Shown: in pieces, positions 46,908-57,600 of the stretch
Layout of the letters: every line of letters begins with the position of its first letter
How positions within the stretch are numbered: position 1 is the stretch's first letter
NCBI GenBank assembly: GCA_965205265.1
Contig: CBDBGH010000003.1
Coordinates: forward strand, 3,648,001 to 3,712,000
Origin: Alphaproteobacteria bacterium
Lineage (GTDB): Bacteria > Pseudomonadota > Alphaproteobacteria > Bin95
Reading direction: 5' to 3'
DNA length: 64,000 nt
Position numbers and translations under genes: made by a program
Notes under the pieces: model-generated
The model's database searches: none
Told to the model about the DNA's origin: nothing
The model's input: only the letters and a program-made list of their open reading frames with translations

Positions 46908-47938
46908 CGCCCGCCAAGCGTCCGGGCGACGGCCTTGCGGTCGAGGCCGGCGAAGCCGATCACCACAAGCCGCGTTAGCGGCTCCTCGCCGGCCTGCCAG
47001 GGCCGGTCGTACCACGTCTCGGTGCGGGCGCCGACGCCCTGGACGGCGAGCCGCATCGCCTTGCCCTCGACCGCGGCGAAACCCTTGATGCGCAGCACAT
47101 CATGGTCCTGCGCGGCTTCCGCGATGCGTTCGGCAAGCGCGGCCGGCTCGACCGGCCCCGCCTCGACCGCGAAGCTCTCGAAATCGTCATGGTCGTGCCC
47201 GTCCTCGCCGTCATGGTGCGAGGGGCGCGCGTCGAGGTCGTCTTCCGCCGCTGCTTCCAGGCCGAGAAGCAGCCGCGCATCGACGGCGCCGCCGGTCGCG
47301 CCGACAGCCTTGACGGCGGGCGAGCGCAGCCCGGCCCGCACCTCTTCCAGCACGCCCTGCCAGGCCGGCCTGTCCAGCAGGTCCTGCTTGTTGACGACGA
47401 CGAGGTCGGCGGCGGCGAGCTGGTCCTCGAACAGCTCCTCCAGCGGCGCGTCGTGGTCGAGCGCCGGATCGGCCCGGCGCGCCGCGTCCACGGCGTCCGG
47501 GTCGGCAGCGAAACGCCCGGCGGCGACGGCCGCGGCGTCCACCACCGCGACAACGCCGTCCACGGTGGTGCGGGAGCGCACCTCCGGCCAGGCGAAGGCC
47601 TGCACAAGCGGCTTGGGCAGCGCCAGGCCCGAGGTCTCGATAACGATATGATCGGGCGGGTCGGGCCGGTCGAGCAGCGCCTGCATGGTCGGCAGGAAAT
47701 CGTCCGCCACGGTGCAGCATATGCAGCCATTGGCGAGCTCCACGATGTCCTCGTCCCCGCAGCCCTCGATGCCGCAGGCGCGCAGCAGATCGCCGTCTAT
47801 GCCGAGGTCGCCGAATTCGTTGACGACCACCGCGAGGCGCCGCCCGCCCGCATTCTCCAGCAGGTGGCGGACCAGGCTGGTCTTGCCCGCGCCGAGAAAG
47901 CCGGTGACGACGGTTGCCGGTATCTTCGGTTTCAGCAT
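46895..47938 (-). CDS. cobW: Cobalamin biosynthesis GTPase CobW
   Basis: GFLGAGKT, NEFG, NGCICCTVADDF, ETSGLALPKPL, HHDGEDGHDHDDF. Confidence 0.95.
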   Translation of the reverse strand: MLKPKIPATVVTGFLGAGKTSLVRHLLENAGGRRLAVVVNEFGDLGIDGDLLRACGIEGCGDEDIVELANGCICCTVADDFLPTMQALLDRPDPPDHIVIETSGLALPKPLVQAFAWPEVRSRTTVDGVVAVVDAAAVAAGRFAADPDAVDAARRADPALDHDAPLEELFEDQLAAADLVVVNKQDLLDRPAWQGVLEEVRAGLRSPAVKAVGATGGAVDARLLLGLEAAAEDDLDARPSHHDGEDGHDHDDFESFAVEAGPVEPAALAERIAEAAQDHDVLRIKGFAAVEGKAMRLAVQGVGARTETWYDRPWQAGEEPLTRLVVIGFAGLDRKAVARTLGGRCIS

Positions 47939-47951
47939 GGGGCGCGCGCTT

Positions 47952-48443
47952 TCACGGCTTGAGCGGGAGGGGGAGGCCGGCCGCGACGAACACGACCCGG
48001 TCCGCGATGCGGGCGACGTCCTCGTTCAGCCGCCCCTGCGCCTCGCGGAAGCGCCGGCCGAGCGGCGTCGGGGGCACGAGCCCCATGCCGGTTTCGTTGG
48101 AGACCAGCACGGTCTGCCGGCTGCGGCTTGCCAGCGCCTCCAGCAGCGCGCCGGTGTCCGGCTCCCGGCCGGCGGCGAGCGCATTGGAGAGCCAGAGCGT
48201 CAGGCAGTCCGCCAGCACCGGCATGTCGCCGGCCTGCCGGAGCGCCTCGGGCAGGCGCGAGGGCGCCTCGACGGTCGTCCAGCAGGGACCCCGCCGGGCG
48301 CGGTGGCGGGCGATGCGCGCCGCCATCTCGGCGTCGCCGGCCTCGGCCGTGGCGATATAGACGGCGGGCCCGTCGAACAGCGATTCGGCGTAGCGGCTCT
48401 TGCCGGAGGCAGCGCCGCCCAGCACCAGGGTCGTGGCGGTCAT
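47952..48443 (-). CDS. cobP: Adenosylcobinamide kinase/guanylyltransferase (CobP/CobU)
   Basis: GGAASGKS, EM..RI..H..RR, DCLTLWLSN, VSNE.G.G.VP. Confidence 0.9.
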   Translation of the reverse strand: MTATTLVLGGAASGKSRYAESLFDGPAVYIATAEAGDAEMAARIARHRARRGPCWTTVEAPSRLPEALRQAGDMPVLADCLTLWLSNALAAGREPDTGALLEALASRSRQTVLVSNETGMGLVPPTPLGRRFREAQGRLNEDVARIADRVVFVAAGLPLPLKP

Positions 48444-48531
48444 GGGGATGTTTGCTACCGGCGTTTCGCCGGCCGTTCAAGGCGCGCGGTCCGGCTCGAC
48501 TTTCCGGACGCGCCGGGGCATATCCCGGTCC

Positions 48532-48774
48532 ATGTTCACGCTGCTCCGCCGCATCCTGTCCCTCTATCTCGGCATCGGGTTCCTGCTGGGGCTGGTCGCT
48601 GGCTTCTCGCGCCTGTTCGTGCGGGTCGTCCACGGCCTCGGACCCGGCGAATTCGGACCGGCGCTGGGCGATGCGGCCTTGTGGGCTTTCATGCGGCTCT
48701 GGCTCTGGCCCTGGCAGTTCTGGACCGAGGTGGTGGAGGGCGAACGCACCCTGCTCGGCTGGCTGCTGGCCTGA
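48532..48774 (+). CDS. Small hypothetical membrane protein
   Basis: 80 aa, two hydrophobic segments, fills the gap between flanking genes. Confidence 0.55.
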   Translation: MFTLLRRILSLYLGIGFLLGLVAGFSRLFVRVVHGLGPGEFGPALGDAALWAFMRLWLWPWQFWTEVVEGERTLLGWLLA

Positions 48775-48828
48775 GCGGGCGGCGGCGCGCATACTCCGGG
48801 GCGGCACGCGGGACAAAGGGGAAGCGCG

Positions 48829-49722
48829 ATGGAACTCGGATTCGTCGGCGTGGGCGCGATGGGCGCGCCGATGGCCGGGCGGCTGCTGGACGGGGGCCAC
48901 AGCCTGGTCGTGCATGACATCCGCGCCGAGGCGGTGGCGCCGCTGGCGGCCCGGCAGGCGCGCACGGCGGAAAGCCCGAAGGCGGTGGCCGACATGGCGG
49001 AGACGGTCATCGTCTCGCTGCCGACGCTCGGCGCCTGGCGCGAGGTCGGCCTCGGCGAAGAGGGTCTCGCGAAGGGCGGGCGGATCGCAAAGGTGGTCAA
49101 CACCTGCACGGTCGGCTCGGGCTTCATCCGCGAGATGGCGGCCACGCTGGGCGAGGCCGGCATCGCGATGCTCGACTGCCCGATCAGCGGCGGGCCGCCG
49201 GGCGCGGAGGCGGGCACGCTCTCGGTGATGGCGTCCGGCAGCCGCGCGCTCTTCGACGAGCTGCGCCCCGCGCTCGACTGCTGGGGGCATACGGTCGTCC
49301 ATGTGGGCGAGGAGCCGGGCGCGGCGCAGACCGTCAAGCTCGTCAACAACATCCTCTCGGCCGCCGCGCTCGCCGTCACTTCCGAGGCGCTGGTAATGGG
49401 CTCCAAGGCCGGGGTCGATCTCGAAGCGATGCTCGAGGCGGTCAATGCCGGCTCCGGGCGCAACAGCGCAACGGCCGGCAAGATCCCCGCCTCGGTGCTG
49501 GACCGCTCTTTCGCCTACGGCGCGGCGCTGGACATCCTGATGAAGGACATCGAGCTTGCGCTCGCCGAGGCGGAGCGCCTGCAGGTGCCGTCCTGGGTCT
49601 CGGCGGCCGTGCGCCAGTTCTTCCGCCACTGGCACATGCAGGGCAAGGGGCGCGAAGACATCACCTCCATCGTGCAGATGGTCGAGGGCTTCGCCGGCCA
49701 CACATTGCCGAAGGTTCGCTGA
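48829..49722 (+). CDS. NAD(P)-dependent beta-hydroxyacid dehydrogenase (3-hydroxyisobutyrate DH family)
   Basis: GFVGVGAMG.PMA, D.PISGG, KLVNN, KD..LA. Confidence 0.9.
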   Translation: MELGFVGVGAMGAPMAGRLLDGGHSLVVHDIRAEAVAPLAARQARTAESPKAVADMAETVIVSLPTLGAWREVGLGEEGLAKGGRIAKVVNTCTVGSGFIREMAATLGEAGIAMLDCPISGGPPGAEAGTLSVMASGSRALFDELRPALDCWGHTVVHVGEEPGAAQTVKLVNNILSAAALAVTSEALVMGSKAGVDLEAMLEAVNAGSGRNSATAGKIPASVLDRSFAYGAALDILMKDIELALAEAERLQVPSWVSAAVRQFFRHWHMQGKGREDITSIVQMVEGFAGHTLPKVR

Positions 49723-49732
49723 GCCGGGCGCG

Positions 49733-50764
49733 CTATTGCCTGCGCTCCAGCAGGCAGGCGTCGCCATAGGAGAAGAAGCGGTAGCGCTGCTGCACGGCGT
49801 GGGCGTAGGCGGCGCGCATGCGCTCCAGGCCGGCGAAGGCCGCGACCAGCATGAACAGCGTCGAGCGCGGCAGGTGGAAATTGGTGAGCAGCAGGTCGGC
49901 CGTCCGGACCTCCCGGCCGCCAGGGCGCAGGAATATGTCGGTCTCCCCTTCCCAGGCCGCAACCTCGCCCGAAGGGCCGGCCGCCGACTCCAGCAGGCGG
50001 AGCGCAGTGGTGCCGGCCGCGACCAGCCGGCCCCGGCGCGCCCGGATGCGCGCGGCCGCCTCTTCCCCGATGCGCCCCCACTCGCTGTGCATGCGGTGCT
50101 CGGCCGGGTCCTCGGTGCGGACCGGCAGGAAGGTGCCGGCGCCGACATGCAGGGTGACGGCGGCGCGCTCCACGCCGCGCGCGTCCAGCGCCGCCAGCAG
50201 GCGGGGGGTGAAATGCAGCCCGGCCGTCGGCGCGGCGACCGAGCCCGGTTCGCGGGCGAACACCGTCTGGTAGGCGTCCCGGTCGCCCGGGTCGCCGCCT
50301 TTCGGACGCTTGATATAGGGCGGCAGCGGCATGGTGCCGTGCGCCTCCAGCGCCGCGTCGAGTTCCGCCCCTTCCGCCGAGAACGCCAGCGCCACTTCCC
50401 CGCCCTGGCGGCGCTCCTCCAGCACCGCTTCGAGCCCGCCCGGAAAGGCGATCCGGTCGCCTTCGCGAAGCCGCCGCCCGGGCCGGGCGAAGGCGAGCCA
50501 GCGCCGCCTGTCGAGGCGCTTGTGCAGCAGAGCCTCCACCGCCGCGGCGCCGCGCCGCCCGTAAAGGCGCGCCGGGATCACGCGCGTGTCGTTGACGACC
50601 ATGAGGTCGCCTGGCCGAAGCAGGTCCGGCAGTTCGGCAATGCGGCGGTCCGCGAGCTTTTCCCCGACATGCAGCAGCCGCGCCGCGTCGCGCGGTTCCA
50701 CCGGCCGCTGCGCGATCAGCCCGGAAGGCAGGTCGAAATCGAAATCGCCGGTGCTCAGGGTCAC
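49733..50764 (-). CDS. queA: S-adenosylmethionine:tRNA ribosyltransferase-isomerase
   Basis: [52 protein letters not shown]. Confidence 0.97.
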   Translation of the reverse strand: MTLSTGDFDFDLPSGLIAQRPVEPRDAARLLHVGEKLADRRIAELPDLLRPGDLMVVNDTRVIPARLYGRRGAAAVEALLHKRLDRRRWLAFARPGRRLREGDRIAFPGGLEAVLEERRQGGEVALAFSAEGAELDAALEAHGTMPLPPYIKRPKGGDPGDRDAYQTVFAREPGSVAAPTAGLHFTPRLLAALDARGVERAAVTLHVGAGTFLPVRTEDPAEHRMHSEWGRIGEEAAARIRARRGRLVAAGTTALRLLESAAGPSGEVAAWEGETDIFLRPGGREVRTADLLLTNFHLPRSTLFMLVAAFAGLERMRAAYAHAVQQRYRFFSYGDACLLERRQ

Positions 50765-50882
50765 GGGTCGCCAGGCTCCGCCGCGGGCCCGGACCTTCGC
50801 AGGCCGTGCAGAGCCTGTCAAAACGGTCCGGGATTTGAGATAAACAACCTTCGACGCGGAAACGCCGGAGCAAATCCAGGTC

Positions 50883-51614
50883 ATGGCGATCGGATTGAAG
50901 GAAGGCCGCAGAATGGCCGCCCGCGCCCGCCGCTGGACCCTGGTCAAACGGGTCATGCTGCTTGTGGCGCTGCTCGCCATCGCCGTATTCGCCTACGAGA
51001 CGGGCGCCACCCGCACGCAATACCGCATCGAGCGCCTGGAGGAGAGGCTGGCGGCCCAGGACGCCGCCATCGCGCGGCTCGAGGCCGAGAAGGAGGAGCT
51101 CGACAGGCGCCGGCTGGCGGCGGTCCAGAACGAAAGGACGCTTCAGGCCCGCTACGACCGCAATGTGCCGACCGGCAGGCGCAAGGAGATCTTCGAGCTG
51201 CTTCTGGAACGGCTCGACGCCGGCCTGGAGGAGGAGCGGATCGTCTTCCTGCTGCACGAGGCGGAGGCGGAGCCGGATTGCGACCCGGAGCCGGTGACCA
51301 AGCGTTTCGTGCTGGCGACGCCGCTGCATGACGGCGCCAACGCGTCGGCGCAATTCGCGGAAGGCGCGATCACGGTCACCGGCGAGGGGCAGGCGGAGCT
51401 GACGGAGGCGGGCCTGCCCGAGGCGTGGTTCGACCCGGCGGCGCCGGTCATGCTCCGCTTCACGGCCATCGGCGGCGATGCGACGGAGGCGCAGGGCAAG
51501 CTGCCGCTCGACCACTCCCTGCGGCTGGCCGGCAACGAATACCGCTTCGCCGCCCGCGCCGGCCCCCGCTCCTTCGTCCACATCACGGCGCTCCGCTGCG
51601 ACTTTCCGGGGTAG
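50883..51614 (+). CDS. Hypothetical membrane-anchored coiled-coil protein
   Basis: N-terminal TM helix, coiled-coil-like stretch, beta-rich C-terminus with two Cys. Confidence 0.7.
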   Translation: MAIGLKEGRRMAARARRWTLVKRVMLLVALLAIAVFAYETGATRTQYRIERLEERLAAQDAAIARLEAEKEELDRRRLAAVQNERTLQARYDRNVPTGRRKEIFELLLERLDAGLEEERIVFLLHEAEAEPDCDPEPVTKRFVLATPLHDGANASAQFAEGAITVTGEGQAELTEAGLPEAWFDPAAPVMLRFTAIGGDATEAQGKLPLDHSLRLAGNEYRFAARAGPRSFVHITALRCDFPG

Positions 51615-51623
51615 CGGGCGGCG

Positions 51624-51663
51624 TTGACTCAACCGGATATCTAGCTACATAGTTAGCTAGATA
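51624..51663 (+). promoter_or_regulatory. Promoter and operator palindrome of the vapBC-type module
   Basis: TTGACT at 51624; TATCTAGCTA-catagt-TAGCTAGATA perfect 10-bp inverted repeat (51638-51663) over the -10 region. Confidence 0.75.
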
Positions 51664-51686
51664 AATGCCGGCCAGGGTGGAAAGCC

Positions 51687-51920
51687 ATGTATGTCGTCAA
51701 TGTCCATCGAGCCAAGACCGAGCTTTCCCGATTGCTGGCAAGGGTCGAGGCCGGCGAGGATGTCGTCATCGCGCGGCGGGGCGAGCCTGTTGCGCGTCTC
51801 GTCGCGTGCAGGGCCCGAAGCAGGCGCCGGCCCGATGTCCTGAAGGGGAAGATCGCGATTCCCGACGGCTTCTTCGACCCGCTGCCGGAGGAAGAACTGA
51901 CGGCGTGGGAAGGCCGGTAG
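51687..51920 (+). CDS. Phd/YefM family antitoxin
   Basis: VNVHRAKTELSRLL.RVEAGE.VVIARRGEPVARLV...F.DPLP. Confidence 0.9.
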   Translation: MYVVNVHRAKTELSRLLARVEAGEDVVIARRGEPVARLVACRARSRRRPDVLKGKIAIPDGFFDPLPEEELTAWEGR

Positions 51921-51922
51921 CG

Positions 51923-52309
51923 GTGCTGCTGTTGCTGGATACCCATGCGTTTCTCTGGTGGATTGCAGACAGCGGGCGGCTTTCCGGTCCGGCGCGCGCC
52001 GCGATCGCCGACGAAGCGAACGACATCGCGGTCAGCGCGGCGTCCGCGTGGGAAATCGCCACCAAGTTCCGGACCGGCAAATTGCCGGGATGCGAGGCCG
52101 TGGCGGTCGATGTCGCCGGCCATATCGCCGGGCAAGGTTTCGAGGGTCTGGCAATCGGCGTCGCCGATGCCGAGCGCGCCGGGCGCCTGCCCGGCTCTCA
52201 TCGCGACCCGTTCGACCGGATGCTCGCCGCCCAGGCCCTGGCGCGCGGTATCCCCGTCGTTTCGGTCGATCCGGTGTTCGACGGTTTCGGCGTCAATCGG
52301 CTGTGGTGA
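51923..52309 (+). CDS. VapC/PIN toxin (intact)
   Basis: LLLDTHAFLWW, SAASAWEI..K, HRDPFDRML.AQA, SVD. Confidence 0.9.
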   Translation: MLLLLDTHAFLWWIADSGRLSGPARAAIADEANDIAVSAASAWEIATKFRTGKLPGCEAVAVDVAGHIAGQGFEGLAIGVADAERAGRLPGSHRDPFDRMLAAQALARGIPVVSVDPVFDGFGVNRLW

Positions 52310-52336
52310 AGGGGCATCCTGCCTCGCGCGCCGGGT

Positions 52337-53605
52337 TCAGGCGGGCGGCAGGCGGAGCTTGTCGGCGTGTATCTCGACCACGGCGTCGAGGTCCGGGTTC
52401 TGCAGCGTCACGTCGATGGCGCGGACGCCGAACATCGCCGGGTTGTGCGGCAGGAGCGGCTCCCTGCCTTCGGCGAGGTCGCGGGCGAGTTTCAGCAGCC
52501 GGCGGCGGGCGGCGATGATCGCTGCGTCCGAGGGGCCGAGATGCTCGTTCTCGCGGTCCACGATGGGGCCCATGCTCTCGACGATGGCGCGGTCCTGGTT
52601 GTTGACGCCGGGAATGCCGGTCGCATTGCCTGCCCGCTGCGAGGCGCGGTCCAGCATGTAGCCGTTTTCCCGGTTGACCTCGGGCGTGAAGCAGCCCGGA
52701 AGCGTGCGCGGCGCCGCGCCCAGGCCCGTCTCCAGATAGTCGCGGTCCTCTTGCGTCATCGGCGCTTCCGGGTTGTAGGAGGTGCCGAAGACGAAGCTGT
52801 TCTCGTCGTCTATCGGGATGTAGGCGCGCGACGAGATCGGGTATTCGGGATGCGGGATGATGGAGTTGGTCGGCAGGATCCACTGCGTGATGCGCCAGTT
52901 GAACGAATTGTCCGCCGCGCCGCGCTGCGAGCCGTAATAGAAGCCGTAATCCGTCGGCCGGATATGGATCGACGGCATGCCGTCCTTCTGCCAGTTGCCG
53001 TGCGCGGCGGCGAGGCCGGGCGAGAGCGCGGACATGTCGGCGAAGCGGTGCAGGAAGGTCGTGTGGCGGGTGTCGATCTCGCCCTCGAAGCCCTGGAAGT
53101 AATTGGCGCGCAAATGCCACTTCTTCTGCCAGCGGTGCTCCGGCGCCAGCATGGCCCACTCGAATTCCGGCAGCGGCGGGCGCCTGTCCTCCGGCCCCAT
53201 ATAGACCCAGATCCAGCCGCCCCACTCGGCGGCCGGATAGGCCTTCATCCGCACCTTGCGCCTGTAGTCGGTCCCGGGCGGCTCGTTCGGCATCTCCACG
53301 CAATTGCCGTCCACGTCAAATTTCCAGCCGTGATAGACGCAGCGCAGGCCGCAGTCCTCATTGCGGCCGAAATAGAGCGAGGCGCGCCGGTGGGGGCATT
53401 TCTCGTCGAGAACGCCGATCCGTCCTGCCGTGTCCCGGAAGGCCACGAGGTCCTCGCCCAGCAGCCTGAGCCGCACCGGGTCGCAATCGGGCCCCGGCAA
53501 TTCCTCCGGCATGAGCGCCGGAAGCCAGAACCGGCGGAACAGCGCGCCCATCGGCGTGCCGGGGCCGGTCCGGCAGAGCAGTTCGTTGTCTTCCGGTTTC
53601 AGCAT
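52337..53605 (-). CDS. Rieske oxygenase alpha subunit (phthalate 4,5-dioxygenase-like)
   Basis: GPGTPMG.L.RRFW.P, CPHR...CVYHGW, EG.ID..H..FLH, QDRAIVES. Confidence 0.9.
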   Translation of the reverse strand: MLKPEDNELLCRTGPGTPMGALFRRFWLPALMPEELPGPDCDPVRLRLLGEDLVAFRDTAGRIGVLDEKCPHRRASLYFGRNEDCGLRCVYHGWKFDVDGNCVEMPNEPPGTDYRRKVRMKAYPAAEWGGWIWVYMGPEDRRPPLPEFEWAMLAPEHRWQKKWHLRANYFQGFEGEIDTRHTTFLHRFADMSALSPGLAAAHGNWQKDGMPSIHIRPTDYGFYYGSQRGAADNSFNWRITQWILPTNSIIPHPEYPISSRAYIPIDDENSFVFGTSYNPEAPMTQEDRDYLETGLGAAPRTLPGCFTPEVNRENGYMLDRASQRAGNATGIPGVNNQDRAIVESMGPIVDRENEHLGPSDAAIIAARRRLLKLARDLAEGREPLLPHNPAMFGVRAIDVTLQNPDLDAVVEIHADKLRLPPA

Positions 53606-53752
53606 TGCGGAACGCCTCGCTCGGGTCCGGTGTCCGGCGGAGCATGCCGCCGCCCGGCCCGGCCATCAAGCATTGCAGGCGCCCTTTCGCGCGCCCGGCG
53701 GTGATAGGGTAAGCTCGCCCGCAAGGGGCAGGAGCCGGGAGGGGGCTGCGCG

Positions 53753-55831
53753 ATGGGCTGGCGGATCGGGGTCGATATCGGCGGGACGTTCACCGATGTC
53801 GCCGTGCTGGACGAGGAGAGCGGGCGCGCGGGCATCGCCAAGGTGCTCACCACGCCGCGCGACTTCGGCGCCGCGGTGATCGACGGCGTGCGCGCGGCGA
53901 TGGGGGAATACGGCATCGACCCCGCTTCGGTCTCCCTCGTCTCCCACGCCACCACGATCGTCACCAACGCGCTGCTGGAAGCGAAGGGCGCCGATGTCGC
54001 GCTCATCGCCACCGAGGGCTTCCGCGACGTGCTGGAACTGCGCCGCTCGGCCCGCGCGGACCTCTACGACCTCTTCCAGAACGCCCCGGCGGTGCTGGTG
54101 CCGCGCCGCCGGCGCTTCGAGGTAGCCGGGCGGATCGACGCCCAGGGCGAGGTCGTGACGCCCTTGGACGAGGCCGGGCTGGATGCGGTCGTCGAGCGCA
54201 TCCGGGGCCTGGATGTGGAGGCGGTCGCGGTCTGCCTCATGTTCTCCTTCCTGAACGATGCGCATGAGCGCCGGGTGGGCGAGCGGCTCCGCGCCGCGCT
54301 GCCGGGCCTGCCGGTGTTCCTCTCCAGCGAGGTGCTGCCGGAAATCCGCGAGTTCGAGCGCACCAGCACGACGGCCGTCTGCGCTTATGTCGGGCCGGTG
54401 CTGGCCTCATATCTGGACCGGCTGGAGGCCGCGCTGGCGGAGCTCCGCCTGCCTTCGCTCTATGTCATGGGCTCGAACGGCGGCGTGTTCGACGTGCCCG
54501 AGGCGCTCAAGATGCCCGCGGGCGCCGTCGAGTCGGGCCCCGCCGCCGGGGTCATCGCCGCGCAGCGCATGGGCCGCCAGCTCGGGCGCGCGAACCTCAT
54601 TTCCTTCGACATGGGCGGCACCACCGCCAAGGCGAGCCTGATCGAGGACGGCCGCATCGAGACCACCTCCGAATACGAGGTCGGCGGCGAGGGCAATGTC
54701 GGGCGCTGGCTGCACGGCACAGGGCACCCCATCCGGGTGCCGGTGATCGACCTCGCGGAAGTGAGCGCGGGCGGCGGCAGCATCGCCTGGCTCGACCCCG
54801 GCGGGGCGCTGCGCGTCGGGCCGCAAAGCGCGGGTGCGGAGCCGGGCCCCGCCTGCTACGGGCAGGGCGGGACGCTGCCGACGGTGACGGATGCGAATGT
54901 CGTGCTGGGCTATCTGAGCCGCACGCACCTGCTGGGCGGGCGGCTGCCCATCGACGCGGCCGCTTCGGAAGCGGCGATCCGCGAGCATATCGCCGACCCG
55001 CTGGGCCTGGATGCGGAGGAAGCCGCGGCCGGCATCGTCCGGGTCGTCAACAACAGCATGGCGGAGGCGCTGCGCATCGTCTCGGTGGAGCGCGGCCACG
55101 ATGCGCGCGAATTCTCGCTCGCCGCCTTCGGGGGCGCCGGCCCCGTCCACGCGGCGGCGCTCGCCGGGGAGCTCGGCATCGCGGAGGTGATCGTGCCGCC
55201 GATACCGGGCGGGTTTTCGGCGCTCGGCCTCGTTGCGACCGACCTCCGGCGCGACTGGTCCCACACCTTCTACGCCCGCATCGACGAGGCGGACCTGGAC
55301 GCGCTCAACCGCCGGCTCGCCGAGCTGGAGGCCGCCGCCCGGACCATGCTGGAAAATGCCGGCCTGCCGGAGGCCGACCGCTCCATCGAGCGCTCCGCCG
55401 ACTGCCGCTACACGAGGCAGGCCTACGAGCTGACCGTGCCGCTCGGCGAAGGCCCCGTGACCCGCGCGCTGCTGGACGACCTCGCGGGCGAATTCCACGA
55501 CCGGCATCTGCGCACATACGGCCACAAGAACCCCGACGAGGCGGTGCAGATGGTGAATGTCCGCGTGACGGCCACGGGCCGGCTGCCGGGCGTCGAGTTC
55601 CATGCGGATGCGGGGGCTTCTGCCGCGCCCGCCGGGGAGAGGGAGCGCGAGGTGGTGTTCGGCGAACGGCTGTGCTGCCCGGTCGTCGCCCGGAGCGACC
55701 TCCCCGCCGGGGCGGAGGGCCGACCGGGCCCGTTTATCGTGGAGGAGATGGACTGCACCATCGCCGTGCCGCCCGGCTGGCGGGCCCGGCGCGACGGGCG
55801 CGGGTTCATCCTTATGACGAGGAGTGCGTGA
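53753..55831 (+). CDS. Hydantoinase A / 5-oxoprolinase family subunit
   Basis: GVDIGGTFTD, EFERTSTT, ESGPAAG, DMGGTT, SAGAEPGPACY, FGGAGP.H. Confidence 0.95.
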   Translation: MGWRIGVDIGGTFTDVAVLDEESGRAGIAKVLTTPRDFGAAVIDGVRAAMGEYGIDPASVSLVSHATTIVTNALLEAKGADVALIATEGFRDVLELRRSARADLYDLFQNAPAVLVPRRRRFEVAGRIDAQGEVVTPLDEAGLDAVVERIRGLDVEAVAVCLMFSFLNDAHERRVGERLRAALPGLPVFLSSEVLPEIREFERTSTTAVCAYVGPVLASYLDRLEAALAELRLPSLYVMGSNGGVFDVPEALKMPAGAVESGPAAGVIAAQRMGRQLGRANLISFDMGGTTAKASLIEDGRIETTSEYEVGGEGNVGRWLHGTGHPIRVPVIDLAEVSAGGGSIAWLDPGGALRVGPQSAGAEPGPACYGQGGTLPTVTDANVVLGYLSRTHLLGGRLPIDAAASEAAIREHIADPLGLDAEEAAAGIVRVVNNSMAEALRIVSVERGHDAREFSLAAFGGAGPVHAAALAGELGIAEVIVPPIPGGFSALGLVATDLRRDWSHTFYARIDEADLDALNRRLAELEAAARTMLENAGLPEADRSIERSADCRYTRQAYELTVPLGEGPVTRALLDDLAGEFHDRHLRTYGHKNPDEAVQMVNVRVTATGRLPGVEFHADAGASAAPAGEREREVVFGERLCCPVVARSDLPAGAEGRPGPFIVEEMDCTIAVPPGWRARRDGRGFILMTRSA

Positions 55832-55832
55832 C

Positions 55833-57584
55833 ATGGCCGCCCATCCGTCCGTCGTTAAGACCGACGCCGCCACCTTCGAGGTCGTCAAGAACAGCCTCTA
55901 TGCGGTCGCCGAGGAAATGAAGGTGGTGCTGGCCAAGACCGCCTACTCGCCCATCCTCAAGGTGGCGGGGGACTATTCCTGCGGCGTGTTCGACGACCGG
56001 GGCGAGATGGTGGCCCAGGGCCCCGACCTGCCGATCCACCTCGGCTCGATGCCGGACGCCGTGCGCGCGGTGGTGCGGGCCTGGGAGGATATCGAGCCGG
56101 GGGACGTGTTCGTCCACAACGACCCCTATTTCGGCGGCTCGCACCTGCCGGACGTGAATGTCGTCTCGCCCGCCTTCGTGGACGGCGCGCTGCTCGGCTT
56201 CTGCTGCGTGCGCGCCCACTGGCCGGATATCGGCAGCGCCACGCCCGGCAGCTACGGTGCGGTGACGGACGTCTATGGCGAGGGGCTGCGCCTGCCGCCG
56301 GTGCGCATCCACCGGGGCGGGGCGGTCAACCGCGATGTGGAGGACATGATCTTCGCCAATGTGCGCACCCCGGACGAGCGCCGGGGCGACCTGCGCGCCC
56401 AGATCGCCGCCAACCGCCGGGCCTGCGAGCGCCTCGCCGCGCTCGCCGGCAAATACGGGACGGACAACCTCAAGCGCATCATGCAGGAGGTGATGGACTA
56501 TTCCGAGGCGATGATGCGCGGGCTGCTCCGCGACATGCCGGACGGGGAGGGCGCGTTCGAGGATTTCTGCGACGGGGACGGCATCGTCGCGCCCGGCTCG
56601 AACCGCGACGAGACCTTCGACATCAGGCTGCGCATAACCAAGCAGGGCGATGGCGTGACGGTGGATTTCGAGGGCTCCGATGCGCAGGTGGCGGGCCCGA
56701 TGAACGCGCCGCTCTCGGTCACCTCCTCGGGCGTGTTCGCCGGCCTCAAGATGGCGGTGGACTCCGCCGGCGTCGTGCCGCCCAATTCCGGCGCCTGGCG
56801 TCCCGTAAAGGTGCTCGCGCCCGAGGGCTCGGTGGTGAACGCGCAATATCCGGCCCCGGTCGTCTATGCCAACCACGAGATGTCCCACCGCATCTGCGAC
56901 ATGGTGTTCGGCGCGCTCGCGGCGATCGTCCCGGACCGGGTGATGGCCTGCTCCCAGGGCACTTCGGCCGTGCTGACGCTCGGCGGCACCGACTACCGCA
57001 CCGGCGAGCACTATGTCAGCTACGAGACGGTCAAGGGCGGCTTCGGCGCGCGGCCCGACCGGGACGGCATCAGCGCGGTCGCCAGCGGCATCTCCAACAC
57101 CATGAACACGCCGGTGGAGGTCATCGAGATGAGCTTCCCGGTGCGCGTCGAGTCCTATGAGCTGCTGCCCGATTCCGGCGGGGCCGGGCGCTGGCGGGGC
57201 GGGCTCGGCGCGCGCCGCACCTGGCGCATCCTGGAGCGCGACTCGCGCGCCACCGTCTGCTGCGAGCGCACCAAGTCCGCGCCCTTCGGCATAGAGGGCG
57301 GAGCGGCGGGGGCGCCGGCGCGCATCTCGGTCGTCGATCCGGACGGGGCCGAGCGGGTGCTGAACAGCAAGGGCGCCTTCGATGCGCCGGCGGGCGCGCT
57401 GGTGGTCTTCGACGTGCCGGGCTCCGGCGGCTACGGCCCGCCGGCGGAGCGCGACCCGGCCCGGCTCGGCCAGGACCTCGCCGACGGCTATGTGACGCCC
57501 GAGGGCGCGCGCCGCGACTACGCCGCCGCGGACCCCGACGCCCTGCTCGCCGCCGCGAACGGCAGGGACGCGGCGGGCGAATAG
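55833..57584 (+). CDS. Hydantoinase B / 5-oxoprolinase family subunit
   Basis: PIHLGSM, NDPY.GGSHLPD, HWPDIG, EGLRLPP, NTPVE, DSGGAG..RGG.G, GGYG. Confidence 0.95.
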   Translation: MAAHPSVVKTDAATFEVVKNSLYAVAEEMKVVLAKTAYSPILKVAGDYSCGVFDDRGEMVAQGPDLPIHLGSMPDAVRAVVRAWEDIEPGDVFVHNDPYFGGSHLPDVNVVSPAFVDGALLGFCCVRAHWPDIGSATPGSYGAVTDVYGEGLRLPPVRIHRGGAVNRDVEDMIFANVRTPDERRGDLRAQIAANRRACERLAALAGKYGTDNLKRIMQEVMDYSEAMMRGLLRDMPDGEGAFEDFCDGDGIVAPGSNRDETFDIRLRITKQGDGVTVDFEGSDAQVAGPMNAPLSVTSSGVFAGLKMAVDSAGVVPPNSGAWRPVKVLAPEGSVVNAQYPAPVVYANHEMSHRICDMVFGALAAIVPDRVMACSQGTSAVLTLGGTDYRTGEHYVSYETVKGGFGARPDRDGISAVASGISNTMNTPVEVIEMSFPVRVESYELLPDSGGAGRWRGGLGARRTWRILERDSRATVCCERTKSAPFGIEGGAAGAPARISVVDPDGAERVLNSKGAFDAPAGALVVFDVPGSGGYGPPAERDPARLGQDLADGYVTPEGARRDYAAADPDALLAAANGRDAAGE

Positions 57585-57600
57585 CCATGCCCGCTGAGCC

